Translations under genes and position numbers: made by a program | Shown here: one piece after another, positions 10,069 through 20,344 of the stretch | How positions within the stretch are numbered: the first letter of the stretch is position 1 | Layout of the letters: each line of letters starts with the position of its first letter | Origin: Nostoc sp. DedSLP01 | Lineage (GTDB): Bacteria > Cyanobacteriota > Cyanobacteriia > Cyanobacteriales > Nostocaceae | Direction of reading: 5' to 3' | Assembly: GCA_034530875.2 (NCBI GenBank) | Contig: JAVRCJ020000031.1 | Span: forward strand, 22,406-86,405 | DNA: 64,000 nt | The notes under the pieces: model-generated | The model's database searches: none | Seen by the model: the letters and a program-made list of their open reading frames with translations, nothing else | Told to the model about the DNA's origin: nothing

Positions 10069-10179
10069 CTAGTACCGCTTCGCGTAATTCGTAATTCGTA
10101 ATTCATAATTCGTAATTACTGTTGCGTAAGGGTTTTAGGCATTTCAAATAGTATGTTTATTTCCGCCGTGCTGTACTAG
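10069..10179. mobile_element. MITE-like element with CTAGTAC...GTACTAG termini containing taattcg heptamers
   Basis: ctagtaccgc at 10069 and gctgtactag ending at 10179; internal (taattcg)n. Confidence 0.55.
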
Positions 10180-10212
10180 AGCGTTTTCTAAATAAATTAA
10201 AATTGCTGTAAT

Positions 10213-10387
10213 GAGTCTTTGATACTCGTGAGCGAGTCTTTGATACTCGCGGACGAGTCTTTGATACTCGTGAATGAGTCTTTTATACTCGCGGACGAGT
10301 CTTTTATACTCGCGCGAGAGTCTTTTATACTCGTGAATGAGCCTTTGATACTCGTGAGCGAGTCTTTTATACTCGTGGACGAGTCTT
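10213..10387. repeat. 21-bp tandem repeat, 8 full units plus a partial unit (gagtcttt(g/t)atactcg + 5 variable nt)
   Basis: Units start at 10213, 10234, 10255, 10276, 10297, 10318, 10339, 10360 and 10381; internal GAGT...ACTC inverted repeat. Confidence 0.95.
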
Positions 10388-10421
10388 GGAACTTCATTAA
10401 TGAGTTTTTAAGCTATTCAGG

Positions 10422-10462
10422 TGAGAGAATCAGGATCTATGCCGAGCGATCGCAATCGTTCT
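10422..10462 (-). repeat. 41-bp duplicate of the 3' end of the adjacent Uma2 gene
   Basis: Matches 10500-10540 with 1 mismatch; encodes ERLRSLGIDPDSL. Confidence 0.9.
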
Positions 10463-10494
10463 AATTTATTTCCTTAATGAATTTTGATAACAAT

Positions 10495-11214
10495 TTAAAT
10501 GAGAGAATCAGGATCTATGCCGAGCGATCGCAACCGTTCTCGTAATAATTGGGTTTCTTGCTGTGCTTGCTGAGCTTTTTGTTCTGCCTGCTGAGCTTTT
10601 TGTTCTGCAAGTTTTTCCTTTTCTTCTGGTGTTAAAAACCGTTGTCCTTGCTGGTTATACCAATATATCCACTCCCGTGGTATGCCTAGATAAGTTCCTC
10701 GTTCGATGCCAATTCCTAAACCTATTTCTGGCAACCAAACAGGATTACCATCATGTAATTCATAAGCATTGTTAACTAATTTGTAAACTTCTAAAGGTGT
10801 CTTGTCACAACGAAATGGGTTGTAAACTACATAATACAAAAACCCCAATTTTGCATACTCTACTTTCTTGCTTGAGTACTCACCTCGATCTATGTGAGAT
10901 ACCACCTCAAGTACTAATATAGGTAGTTTCTTTTCTTCCCAAAGCACATAACTGGGACGGAGATTTTCATCATAAAATCGCTTTACACCCAAACTCAAAA
11001 ACGCATCTGGGACTATCGCTGGTAAATTTGGGTCATAATAAATACCCATGCGAATACCAAAAAACCAATCCATGCTATCTGCCCAAGTTATTGCTAATAC
11101 GCTTCTGAGTAAATCAGGAATTGATTTTTGTAATTGATTATCTACTGGAGTATCGTCAGAGTCAGGTAGCTCTTTTGAAGAGGGCAAACGAGCTGATGGA
11201 TCGTAATTTACCAT
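10495..11214 (-). CDS. Uma2 (DUF820) family endonuclease
   Basis: ELPDSDDTPVDNQLQ, IVPDAFLSLGV, LVLEVVS, C-terminal LRERLRSLGIDPD typical of cyanobacterial Uma2 proteins. Confidence 0.9.
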   Translation of the reverse strand: MVNYDPSARLPSSKELPDSDDTPVDNQLQKSIPDLLRSVLAITWADSMDWFFGIRMGIYYDPNLPAIVPDAFLSLGVKRFYDENLRPSYVLWEEKKLPILVLEVVSHIDRGEYSSKKVEYAKLGFLYYVVYNPFRCDKTPLEVYKLVNNAYELHDGNPVWLPEIGLGIGIERGTYLGIPREWIYWYNQQGQRFLTPEEKEKLAEQKAQQAEQKAQQAQQETQLLRERLRSLGIDPDSLI

Positions 11215-11530
11215 GATGGATTTACCGTTCCTCAGTTATGAGTACACCTTTATTTTATTAATGAATTGAACAGGGGGTAGGGTGTAGGGGGTCAATTGGA
11301 TGGGGATTCAAACCCCAACCCTCTTGTTGACACCGTAAAAGACGGTGGGGTCTTAAACCCAATTGCTCAGTAAGTGCGGGGTTGTTCCCCACACCCCACA
11401 CCCAGGAGCGAAGCGAAGATTTATCACCCAAGATACTAGTATTTAGTTGCCAATGAAGGGATAATGTTTAGCGATCGCCGTTTTCGTAGGATGTGGCAAA
11501 CCCTAGTTAGATTCTGATTCATCTTTGAAC

Positions 11531-12874
11531 ATGGCTGTTTCCGAAAATAGAGAAGCATTTATTCCCTATACTCGCAGTGATATTATCAAACTTTGTCTGC
11601 AAGACGGTCAGCTAAATCAAGCTGATGCCGAAAAATTTCAAGATTTCTGCAAAATCCTCGCTGCATACTATCATTTTCGCTTCCACAAAACCTTAGAAAT
11701 CATTAAAGATAACTACATACCCTTTAACCCTAATGCAGATATTCAACCAATAATTCCACCAACATTTGACCAATATGATGACATGGAGTCGAAAGTAATT
11801 GAAGCCTTTCAGCATATTGTCGAAAGAGCTAATTATATTCTTTTACCTGAATCGATTGTCAAACGAGCGCTGGTCACTAAATGTCTAATTGAATTGAAAA
11901 CTCAAGTGAATTTTGAGGATTTTGACCGCTTTCTCTGTTATTACCGGGGTGATAGTTCTAAAAATATTTCGGTGAAAAAGTTCTTCTTTTGGCGACAAGA
12001 AAAGACAATTGAGATTTTTGAACGGATTGTTTTATTAGTCAAGTTCAAAGAAGCGGCTTACTTTCGTGCGAAGAAAGACAAGATTCAAGAATTAAAATTT
12101 ATTCCTGGTAAGATGTATGTTTACTTCTACAAAAATATTCCCAAACTAGATGTTGAGTTAATTTTTCCCAATGTCAAAACAAGTATGACCTGGAAAGATC
12201 GGTTACTATTTGGAATTCCGGCAATTGGGGCGGCAATTCCTTTAATATTAAGAACATTGCCGAATTTATTATTGCTAGTCGCTGCAATTTTATTAGTACT
12301 AAATGTTACTTTTTTGGTTGAATCATTAAATGTAGAGTTGGAGAAAGTCACAAGTTTTATGCCCGTATTGGTGGCAACTTTATCATTAGCGATCGCTTTA
12401 GGTGGATTTGCCTTTAAGCAATATGATAGTTACAAAAATAAAAAAATTCAATTTCAAAAACTTGTGACTGATACTCTATTTTTCAAAAATTTAGCTAACA
12501 ATAATAGTGTTTTTCAAATGTTTATTGAGTTGGCAGAAGAAGAAGAATGTAAGGAAATTATTTTGGCATACTATCACTTACTTACTAGCCCTACACCATT
12601 AACTCCTGAAAAATTAGATTCTCGTATCGAAACTTGGATGGAAGATAAACTAGGGACAAAGATTAATTTTGATATTCAAGGGCCCCTAAGTAATCTAGAA
12701 GATATTCGCGGTCGAGTAATTCAAAATAGCGAAACAACAGACAATGTACCAGAAATCCCTTTACTAAACTACGACCATCAGGGAGCATGTCACGTTTTAT
12801 CTTTGGATGATGCTAAAGCAGTGATTGATTATGTTTGGGATAATGCTTTTCGATATAACGGAATAATCTTGTAG
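11531..12874 (+). CDS. DUF3754 / TMEM143-family membrane protein
   Basis: REAFIP start, FKNIPKLDVELIFP, two hydrophobic helices, AEEEECKEIILAY. Confidence 0.8.
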   Translation: MAVSENREAFIPYTRSDIIKLCLQDGQLNQADAEKFQDFCKILAAYYHFRFHKTLEIIKDNYIPFNPNADIQPIIPPTFDQYDDMESKVIEAFQHIVERANYILLPESIVKRALVTKCLIELKTQVNFEDFDRFLCYYRGDSSKNISVKKFFFWRQEKTIEIFERIVLLVKFKEAAYFRAKKDKIQELKFIPGKMYVYFYKNIPKLDVELIFPNVKTSMTWKDRLLFGIPAIGAAIPLILRTLPNLLLLVAAILLVLNVTFLVESLNVELEKVTSFMPVLVATLSLAIALGGFAFKQYDSYKNKKIQFQKLVTDTLFFKNLANNNSVFQMFIELAEEEECKEIILAYYHLLTSPTPLTPEKLDSRIETWMEDKLGTKINFDIQGPLSNLEDIRGRVIQNSETTDNVPEIPLLNYDHQGACHVLSLDDAKAVIDYVWDNAFRYNGIIL

Positions 12875-13000
12875 ACTCTCAAGAAGCACTTGTTCAAACC
12901 CTTATCAAATCAAGCTTTTGATTAATGAAGTGTTTCTTTAATTCCTAGCGAGAGGGTTTAATATTTTCGTATTTGATACTCGCTAAATATCGAGAGGTTC

Positions 13001-13033
13001 AGATCCTCGACTTCTTGAAAAAATCGGGGATCT
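13001..13033. terminator. Palindromic hairpin between convergent genes
   Basis: agatcctcgac...aatcggggatct. Confidence 0.5.
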
Positions 13034-13048
13034 TTTGCTCCTTGAATA

Positions 13049-13357
13049 TTAGTTTTCTACTTGTTTGAGTTTTTCCAAAATTTCCTCAAGTGGTGATTCA
13101 CAACCCTCAGGGCAAAATTCTAAAGCAAGTCTAACTTTTCCCTTTTTCCATCCCTGAGTACTAAATTGTAAAACTTCACAGTTTAAACCTTGACTATACA
13201 AATCTGCTTCATTTGTATTTTCTGCGCCAATATAATCCTTAATTGCTGTAATTAAATCGCGAACTTTAAAAGTTTTAGCAATATTTAGCTTATTAAAAGT
13301 GTCTGGTTCTATAGACACAACTTCATCATGATTTAGTCTCTCGAATCCATCTATCAT
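13049..13357 (-). CDS. KGK domain protein
   Basis: CEVLQFSTQGWKKGKVRLALEFCP signature. Confidence 0.9.
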   Translation of the reverse strand: MIDGFERLNHDEVVSIEPDTFNKLNIAKTFKVRDLITAIKDYIGAENTNEADLYSQGLNCEVLQFSTQGWKKGKVRLALEFCPEGCESPLEEILEKLKQVEN

Positions 13358-13512
13358 AAAAATCTCCTGTCACTAAATCTATCTCTTCCAAAGATTTAGT
13401 AGCACATCCGAAATAAAATGATGATTTTGTAGATTTAGTGGCTGTAATAAATGAGAAATGCTAAGTGATAAGCAAAAAATACTTAACACTTAGCACTATT
13501 TTGGTGACCTTT

Positions 13513-14592
13513 TTAGAAAAACCAACCGTAAGAATGCAAACCTTTACCCAAAAGATTTACACCGAGATAGCAAACCCAGACGACGACAAAGCCAGAGGCA
13601 GCTAAAATTGCGGGACGACGACCTTGCCAACCGCGAGTAATTCTCGCATGGAGATAGGCGGCGAACACTAACCAGGTGATTAATGCCCAAGTTTCTTTGG
13701 GATCCCAACTCCAATAGGAACCCCAGGCTTCGTTAGCCCAAACCCCACCGGCAATAATGCCAATTGTCAGCAGAGGAAATCCTAAGCCGATGATGCGATA
13801 GCTAATGTTGTCGAGGGTTTCGGCAAGGCTTAGGCGTTGCGGTGAAAGGGGTTCAGAATTTTGGATTTCGGATTTCGGATTTGCAATTTGGGTTGTTGTA
13901 ACTAAACCCAATACAGCAGTGTTAGCGTTACCGTTACCGTTACCGTTGCTAGTACTTTCAAAACGAGCAAAGCCATTATTTTCTACAGGGGGTGCTGGTA
14001 GTTCAGAAACCAGTTCGGCTGCTTTGTGTAAGCGGTAGCCGTTGCTGCGATAGCCGCCAGTACCAACAGAACTGCCTTGTAGTTGGATGTTTTGGCCGCG
14101 AGTGACAATTAGAAAAGCGATCGCCAATAGCGAACCTACCATCAAAGCTGAATAGCTCAACATCATGACACTGACATGCATCATCAGCCAATTTGACTTT
14201 AAAGCAGGTACTAGGGGTTCTGACATTTGCATTTGCGATGGTAGGGTCATCGTAGCAAAAGCCGTAATCCCCATTGCCACCGGAGCTGTCACAACTCCAA
14301 CTAAGCGGCTACGGCTACTATTTTCAGCAATCAGATGAACTGCGGTAATTCCCCAAGTCAAGAAAAACAAAGATTCATACAAATTGCTTAAAGGAAAGTA
14401 ACCCGCTTCTATCCATCGTGCCCCTAACAGTGTAGCTATACACAAATTAGCGATCGCCATCCCAGCTGTCCCCAAAGCGGCTAGATAAGGCAGATTCGGA
14501 AAAGCCGCGCCTCCCCAATACACCAGCATTGTCAGGAATAATACGGCAAAGGAAGCATTGTCCAGCCAGTTCTGGAGTACAACCAGATTCAT
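13513..14592 (-). CDS. ccsB: c-type cytochrome biogenesis protein (system II, CcsB/CcsA)
   Basis: WWD motif [43 protein letters not shown]. Confidence 0.95.
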   Translation of the reverse strand: MNLVVLQNWLDNASFAVLFLTMLVYWGGAAFPNLPYLAALGTAGMAIANLCIATLLGARWIEAGYFPLSNLYESLFFLTWGITAVHLIAENSSRSRLVGVVTAPVAMGITAFATMTLPSQMQMSEPLVPALKSNWLMMHVSVMMLSYSALMVGSLLAIAFLIVTRGQNIQLQGSSVGTGGYRSNGYRLHKAAELVSELPAPPVENNGFARFESTSNGNGNGNANTAVLGLVTTTQIANPKSEIQNSEPLSPQRLSLAETLDNISYRIIGLGFPLLTIGIIAGGVWANEAWGSYWSWDPKETWALITWLVFAAYLHARITRGWQGRRPAILAASGFVVVWVCYLGVNLLGKGLHSYGWFF

Positions 14593-14771
14593 AAAGTCTT
14601 CTCTCCGTCGATTGATTATTTAAAATATCGATTCTGACTGTTTCGATCCTATCTGCATTAGAGGGGAATGGGGAATATGGTACGGAAAAGAGGACACGGG
14701 GACAAGGATAAAGAGAGGATGAAGAGAAAGACTATTACTTTAGTTGTTACCTTGTGTCCAGTTCCTACTCT

Positions 14772-15623
14772 CTACCGCCTTTGACATTGAGGGCAAAAGT
14801 GACTCGATCGCCCAGCAAGCTTAATCCGCATAATAGGCGTATCACAAACTCGACAGGGTTCTCCAGCGCGGTTATAAACCCAGGCTACGCCTCCATAGTT
14901 GCCATTGACACCCTTAACATTAAGAAAATTACTAAAAGTCGTACCACCAGCTTCAATGCTGGTTTCTAAAACTTGAATTATCGCTGTTCGTAAATCGTCA
15001 ATTTGCTTGAGTTCTAAATCAGTACACAAAGTTTCTGGTACGATTCCACTTTTAAATAAGGCTTCATCAGCGTAAATATTACCTAATCCCGCTACCACGG
15101 ACTGATCGAGTAGCGCAGTCTTAATAGGACGGCGGCGTTTGTGGAGTTTACTTGCTAGATAGTCAACGGTGAATTCCGGTGAAAATGGGTCTGCTGCCAA
15201 TTTTGCTAAACCCGTTATAATACTTTCTACCGCAACGCCAGGTGGAACCCACCACATTTGTCCGAAAGTACGCTGATCTACAAACCGTAATTCTTGGCGA
15301 TCCCCGAAGAATAATCTGACTCGCGTGTGCTTGTGTAATGGTTCATCTCGATCCACCCACAATAGTTGACCGGTCATTCGCAGATGAACCCCTAGCCAAC
15401 TGGTTGAGGAGGGAGATGAAGCGATGAGTTCAGCTAGCAAATACTTGCCGCGACGATGCCAAATAGCGATGGCATTATTTTTCATCCCATCAACAAACTC
15501 GCCGACAGAAAACGGGTAGGCGATGGTGCGATCGAGCAACACATCTCCACCCGTAATTTTTTGGTTGAGGGTCAATTGATTTAGACCCCTCCGTACTGTT
15601 TCAACTTCAGGCAGTTCAGGCAT
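14772..15623 (-). CDS. mutM: Formamidopyrimidine-DNA glycosylase
   Basis: MPELPEVE, HLRMTG, GLGNIYADE, C-terminal zinc finger CRVC...CPQCQ. Confidence 0.97.
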   Translation of the reverse strand: MPELPEVETVRRGLNQLTLNQKITGGDVLLDRTIAYPFSVGEFVDGMKNNAIAIWHRRGKYLLAELIASSPSSTSWLGVHLRMTGQLLWVDRDEPLHKHTRVRLFFGDRQELRFVDQRTFGQMWWVPPGVAVESIITGLAKLAADPFSPEFTVDYLASKLHKRRRPIKTALLDQSVVAGLGNIYADEALFKSGIVPETLCTDLELKQIDDLRTAIIQVLETSIEAGGTTFSNFLNVKGVNGNYGGVAWVYNRAGEPCRVCDTPIMRIKLAGRSSHFCPQCQRR

Positions 15624-15875
15624 TCAAGCTGATTAAGCAAGCAAATTTTAGTGTATTCGGGGACTAAGGAATTCAGAGATTACCTACTCTGTAAAGACCT
15701 ATAGGTGGCTTTACGATTCTACTGAAAAGAAACCGTAAATACCCGCAGGGCGCCTTCTCATAGATAGAGTAGGCTTAGAGCAAGGATGAAACAGCTGAAA
15801 GTTTCATATTTCAGAGTTCATACTTGAGACTTCCCTTCATCATCCCATTAAACAGTCCCCTTGTGGGTTTGCTGC

Positions 15876-16088
15876 TTATTTTTTCGCTTTAGCCTTTGGT
15901 GCTTCGACTTCTAATAGTTCGTCTGCGGCAAAATTGTTGGTATTGATACCAGCGTAATTTACCTTTTCAAAACGGACAATTACTGGGTATTTGATGCCGC
16001 TTTGATCGACGGAAGCCACGGTTCCTACATCTTGAAACCAGTAGGATTCAGGGCGGAGAATACGTACTTTAGAGCCACGTTGAACCAT
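15876..16088 (-). CDS. psaE: Photosystem I subunit IV
   Basis: [42 protein letters not shown]. Confidence 0.97.
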   Translation of the reverse strand: MVQRGSKVRILRPESYWFQDVGTVASVDQSGIKYPVIVRFEKVNYAGINTNNFAADELLEVEAPKAKAKK

Positions 16089-16396
16089 GATTATTTCCCT
16101 TTTAGTTAATCAATTGCCAATTTAGAGGGCTAATTGATTTCACTCTACAACCTGAAGGTCGCAGCAAGAGGCTTTGTTAAGTTATTTGTCTGAATTTAGG
16201 TGTAGGGAATGGGGCAGAGCGGATGGGGAGGTGTGGGAGGTGTGGGAGGTGTGGGGAGAATAATAACTCCTAACTCACCAGTCACCAGTGCCCAGTCACC
16301 GATCCCCAGTCACCAGTTCAAAATAGTGTCTAAGTTTTCTTGACAAAGGTTCCATGATGATGTAACTTCGTTCGCAAACAGTACTTTTGCATAAGC

Positions 16397-16981
16397 TTAT
16401 GTTTTACTCAATACGAACACACTTCCCTCATTACCCCTACCGATCCGCAGATCGTTATCTATATAAGTAATATCTAACCAGCCTTGCTGTTGATTTCTAT
16501 TTAAAGTAATATCAATCCCGGGAAATTTTCTACCAGCTTCAATTTGTTGGATAAAAGTTACCGGAGAATTGTATTCTATTAAACGTTGTAAGCCGATAAT
16601 AGATCTCTCAAAATTTACTTGGACGCGCCTGGCTGAAACTGGTTCAAATTTTGCAGCAACACTGACTAATCCTTCTAAATAAGGTAAGCCGTAAATCTCT
16701 GCTATGTTGTAAACGCTGGTAGTTTCTACCCGAATACACTGATAAATTTGACCTAGTTTGCACAAAGGTAGACGATCTAAATTTAAAAGACCCGAACTTG
16801 TGGTGTATAGCAATCGCCAATCGCCATCTAGTAAGTCTTTAGCTTCCAGCGGACGTGGTGTAGGGTTAAAGCCTTCTAAGTTCGCGATCGCTGCTAAGAT
16901 AGCCTGTTTCTGTTGTTCAGTCGCCAATAAACCGCGATTTGTACCAGCGATCGCATCAATAAGAGCCGCTTTTCCGATCAT
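16397..16981 (-). CDS. PAP/fibrillin family protein
   Basis: NPTPRP...LLDGDWRLLYTT, GWLDITYIDNDLRIGRGNEGSVFVL. Confidence 0.9.
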   Translation of the reverse strand: MIGKAALIDAIAGTNRGLLATEQQKQAILAAIANLEGFNPTPRPLEAKDLLDGDWRLLYTTSSGLLNLDRLPLCKLGQIYQCIRVETTSVYNIAEIYGLPYLEGLVSVAAKFEPVSARRVQVNFERSIIGLQRLIEYNSPVTFIQQIEAGRKFPGIDITLNRNQQQGWLDITYIDNDLRIGRGNEGSVFVLSKT

Positions 16982-17222
16982 CGCCTGTGACCTCAAAAAT
17001 CACTCACTTTCCATCAGCATAAACAAGTTATTCATCACCTATGTGTAAACCCAAAAAAATTACTAACAACTACTTCCCGTAAACCATTACGGTATTAAAT
17101 AAAAATTTCTATCTGAATGCGGATTTATCAACTCAAGGGTTGAAAGGATAACTAAAATAATCCGTGTCGAGTGATAGACTCTAAATGTCAAGTTACTTCA
17201 ACCTTTTTTTGTCTTCGTCGAT

Positions 17223-17462
17223 ATGTTGAACTCTCCATTACGTGAAGCACCTCGTAATCAGCGAGCTAGCGTCATCCCCCTAAAGCAAGAATCTTCGCTC
17301 TTAGATTGGTTACAAAGTAACGGTCGTCTTATAGCGCGTGACGTTCACGAACAGGATTTTCAAGACGACGAAGAAGAAATAGACTCCCTAATGGGCGTAG
17401 AAGATGGAATTGGCGATTACGACCTTGATGATGACGACGATATCGGAATCGCAGAAGATTAA
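17223..17462 (+). CDS. DUF3134 family acidic small protein
   Basis: NSPLREAPRNQRASVIP...SLLDWLQSNGRL; directly upstream of mraY. Confidence 0.8.
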   Translation: MLNSPLREAPRNQRASVIPLKQESSLLDWLQSNGRLIARDVHEQDFQDDEEEIDSLMGVEDGIGDYDLDDDDDIGIAED

Positions 17463-17540
17463 GAATTTGTCTTTAGGAACTTGGTAATATACCTAGTTTC
17501 TGCTATTTACTTTGTAAGTGTGGAGTGAAGGGAAACTGTT

Positions 17541-18644
17541 GTGGACGCTAAATTATCTCCTGAGCAAGGATTGAATATTTCTGGAATCGCTCTAGCCTCT
17601 TTATTAGCCGCGGGGTTAGGCACGACCGCATTATTCTTAGATTGGATGGCAAATCGGTTACCTTGGCAAGCGATGTCGCTAACCCTGCCACTATTGTTGT
17701 GTGCTGTGGGTTCGGGTATCGCCGGTTATTTGGTAATACCTATATTACAAGCACTTAAAACCGGACAAATAATCCGCGAAGATGGGCCTCAAGCTCATCT
17801 GAAAAAGGCAGGAACTCCCACAATGGGCGGTATATTCTTTATACCTGTGTCTGTAATCCTTGCCTGCGTATTGTCTAACTTCTCGAAAGAAGTACTTGCA
17901 GTTTCGGCATTGACCATCGGCTACGGCTTGATTGGCTGGCTCGATGATTGGCAAATTCTCCGCCGCAAGTCAAATAAAGGTATATCTCCCCGGATGAAAC
18001 TGACTTTACAAGTAAGTTTTGCGGTGGTGTTTTGTTTGTGGCTGATGTTTAATCAACCTTCTAATATTACAAATATAGCTTTGCCTTGGGTTAGCTTCGC
18101 ACTACCCTTAGGGTTCTTATTCTGGCCTCTGGCAGGTTTTGTGCTAGTTGCAGAAAGTAATGCTACTAATTTAACTGATGGTATTGATGGTTTGGCAGGC
18201 GGAACAGTAGCGATCGCTCTTTTAGCCTTAGGTGCCTTAATCGCGCCTACAGCGCCTGGTTTGATGGTTTTTTGTGCGGCTTTAAGTGGCGGTTGCTTAG
18301 GTTTCTTAGCCCATAACCGTAACCCAGCCCGCGTTTTCATGGGAGATACAGGTTCCCTCGCACTGGGAGGAGCTTTAGGGGCTGTGGCGCTGTTGACAAA
18401 TAGCTTGGTAGCACTGTTCATTCTCAGCGGTATCTTCTTCGTAGAAACTCTGTCTGTAATGGCACAGGTAAGTTATTACAAAGCCACTAAAGGCCCTGAT
18501 GGCAAAGGCAAGCGTCTTTTAAAAATGGCACCTCTACACCATCATTTAGAGTTAACAGGCTGGTCAGAATTACAAGTAGTTGGAGTGTTTTATATAATTG
18601 CTGCGATTTTAGCTGCTGTTTGTTTAGCGATCGCTCCATTCTAA
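17541..18644 (+). CDS. mraY: Phospho-N-acetylmuramoyl-pentapeptide transferase
   Basis: KAGTPTMGG, NLTDGIDGL, FMGDTGS, MAPLHHHLE. Confidence 0.97.
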   Translation: MDAKLSPEQGLNISGIALASLLAAGLGTTALFLDWMANRLPWQAMSLTLPLLLCAVGSGIAGYLVIPILQALKTGQIIREDGPQAHLKKAGTPTMGGIFFIPVSVILACVLSNFSKEVLAVSALTIGYGLIGWLDDWQILRRKSNKGISPRMKLTLQVSFAVVFCLWLMFNQPSNITNIALPWVSFALPLGFLFWPLAGFVLVAESNATNLTDGIDGLAGGTVAIALLALGALIAPTAPGLMVFCAALSGGCLGFLAHNRNPARVFMGDTGSLALGGALGAVALLTNSLVALFILSGIFFVETLSVMAQVSYYKATKGPDGKGKRLLKMAPLHHHLELTGWSELQVVGVFYIIAAILAAVCLAIAPF

Positions 18645-18681
18645 AATTTGATTTGAATGTTTTAAAAACTCATTTAAAACC

Positions 18682-18717
18682 AAAAAACAACCTCCGTAGA
18701 TGCAGGGGTTGTTTTTT
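18682..18717. terminator. Bidirectional intrinsic terminator
   Basis: aaaaaacaacctc-cgtagatgca-ggggttgtttttt between convergent mraY and mog. Confidence 0.75.
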
Positions 18718-18749
18718 ATTTGCCAATACTACTGAACTCGCGTTTTAGC

Positions 18750-19253
18750 CTATTTCCGCATTTGACTTACTAAATGAGCCAGTTCAGGTAAAATCAATTT
18801 TTCCATAGCCAGCCGCACAGCATTACTCGAACCGGGAAGCGAGAAGATTAATTTATTTTGATAAATACCAGCAACAGCGCGAGAAGCGATCGCCCGCGAA
18901 CCAATTTCTTGATAACTTAAAAAACGAAATAACTCACCAAATCCCGGCAAGGTTTTCTCTAATAACTGTTCAATTGCATCATAAGTAGTATCTCTCGGTG
19001 CAATACCCGTACCACCATTAAAAATTACAGCATCTAAGTTTGTACTTTTACCCAGATTTTCTATCTGCTTTTGAATTTGTGTTGGCTCATCTTTAATAAT
19101 CGTGTATGCTCCCACAGCATGATTGGCAGCAATGAGTAACTGTTGAATTAGCTGGCCGCTTTTGTCTGTTTCCGCCGTGCGTGTATCGCTGACAGTAACC
19201 ACAGCACAAGTCAGCGTAATTCCAGATGAGTCTGGGTGGGGTTGTTTTGTCAT
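18750..19253 (-). CDS. Molybdenum cofactor biosynthesis protein (MogA/MoaB)
   Basis: VTVSDTR...[32 protein letters not shown] at 19253 (the longer ORF start runs through repeats). Confidence 0.9.
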   Translation of the reverse strand: MTKQPHPDSSGITLTCAVVTVSDTRTAETDKSGQLIQQLLIAANHAVGAYTIIKDEPTQIQKQIENLGKSTNLDAVIFNGGTGIAPRDTTYDAIEQLLEKTLPGFGELFRFLSYQEIGSRAIASRAVAGIYQNKLIFSLPGSSNAVRLAMEKLILPELAHLVSQMRK

Positions 19254-19254
19254 A

Positions 19255-19392
19255 GGGAGGCAAGGGGAGATGGGGAAGTGTGGGGAGTGTGGGGAGAGAA
19301 GGAGGAAAGATTTCTTCCCCATCCTCCCACACCTCCCACACCTCCCACACCTCTCACACTCCTTGCTTGCCCCATGCCCTATGCCCTATGCC
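19255..19392. repeat. Composite palindromic dispersed element (gggaagtgtg/ctcccacac arms around AAAGATTTCTTCCCCATC core)
   Basis: Same core and arms at about 27200-27330, and reversed at about 36366-36500 and 63005-63120. Confidence 0.75.
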
Positions 19393-19731
19393 CTATTCAT
19401 TTTTACTGAGTCCAAGACCGTTCTCATCGCCATATCGCTGCATGAAGCGCATGAAACGATCCCATTCTTCGGGAGACTTCATCAAATAAACTGCTTCTAA
19501 TGCTTCGGGTCTTCCGTTGATAAATTTAGCTTTAACTTCGCGGGTGACGATTTCGCCTTCTTCGTCAATCAGATACATCCCAGTGATGTCGTCGGTACTT
19601 CCTTGGTCTAAAATTTTGGGATTTTCAAAAATAAATGTTGCCGTGCCAGTTTCACCGCTACGCCCTCGCGTTAAACGCACGTCTGGAACTACTTCTTCGT
19701 CAACACCTCTAGCAAACTGTATTTTGGCCAT
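19393..19731 (-). CDS. psb28: Photosystem II reaction centre protein Psb28
   Basis: [19 protein letters not shown]...[12 protein letters not shown]. Confidence 0.95.
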   Translation of the reverse strand: MAKIQFARGVDEEVVPDVRLTRGRSGETGTATFIFENPKILDQGSTDDITGMYLIDEEGEIVTREVKAKFINGRPEALEAVYLMKSPEEWDRFMRFMQRYGDENGLGLSKNE

Positions 19732-19837
19732 GATAAATGAATTTAAACTTTCACGATCGTTAGTTTAATATTCTCTCATCAATTAGAACTCCACAGTCTA
19801 GAGCAACTGTAATTTGTATTTTTAGTAGTGTATATAC

Positions 19838-20290
19838 TTATACTGCTTCTTTCTCAAGTAACAAAGTTACCGGGCCATCATTTTCGATTGTAACTTGCAT
19901 CATCGCACCAAATTGGCCGGTTTCTACCTGCAAACCACTAGCTCTTAACTTGGTAACAAAACGATTGTATAAATCTTCTGCTGCTTGAGGAGTAGCTGAA
20001 CGGTCAAAAGAAGGACGGCGGCCTTTGCGACAGTCACCATAAAGGGTAAATTGGCTGACTACCAACAACTGACCGCCAATTTCTCGTACAGATTTTGAAA
20101 AGCGTTCGTCTCCTTCTTCATCGGGAAACAACCGCAATTCTAAACACTTGCGCACCATCCAGTCGAGTTCAGCATCAGTATCGCTATTAGCAATGCCTAC
20201 GAGTAAGTTGAGTCCCCGTCCGATTTTGCCAATAATTTCGCCGTTAACAATAACTTGTGATGATTGAACTCGCTGGATAACAACACGCAT
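19838..20290 (-). CDS. dtd: D-aminoacyl-tRNA deacylase
   Basis: [26 protein letters not shown]. Confidence 0.97.
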   Translation of the reverse strand: MRVVIQRVQSSQVIVNGEIIGKIGRGLNLLVGIANSDTDAELDWMVRKCLELRLFPDEEGDERFSKSVREIGGQLLVVSQFTLYGDCRKGRRPSFDRSATPQAAEDLYNRFVTKLRASGLQVETGQFGAMMQVTIENDGPVTLLLEKEAV

Positions 20291-20344
20291 AAAAGCTTGA
20301 CTTTAATTAGAAAAAGTACAGGTTTCAATGTAGACGTGTTTTAG

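Noticed and set aside
10213..10387. Possible CRISPR array
   Set aside because: Variable parts are only 5 nt and recur; no unique 30-40-nt spacers and no cas genes
19093..19500. ORFs rich in WEV/PHL/SHT repeats (also 36246-36525 and 62785-63174)
   Set aside because: Translations of intergenic repeat elements
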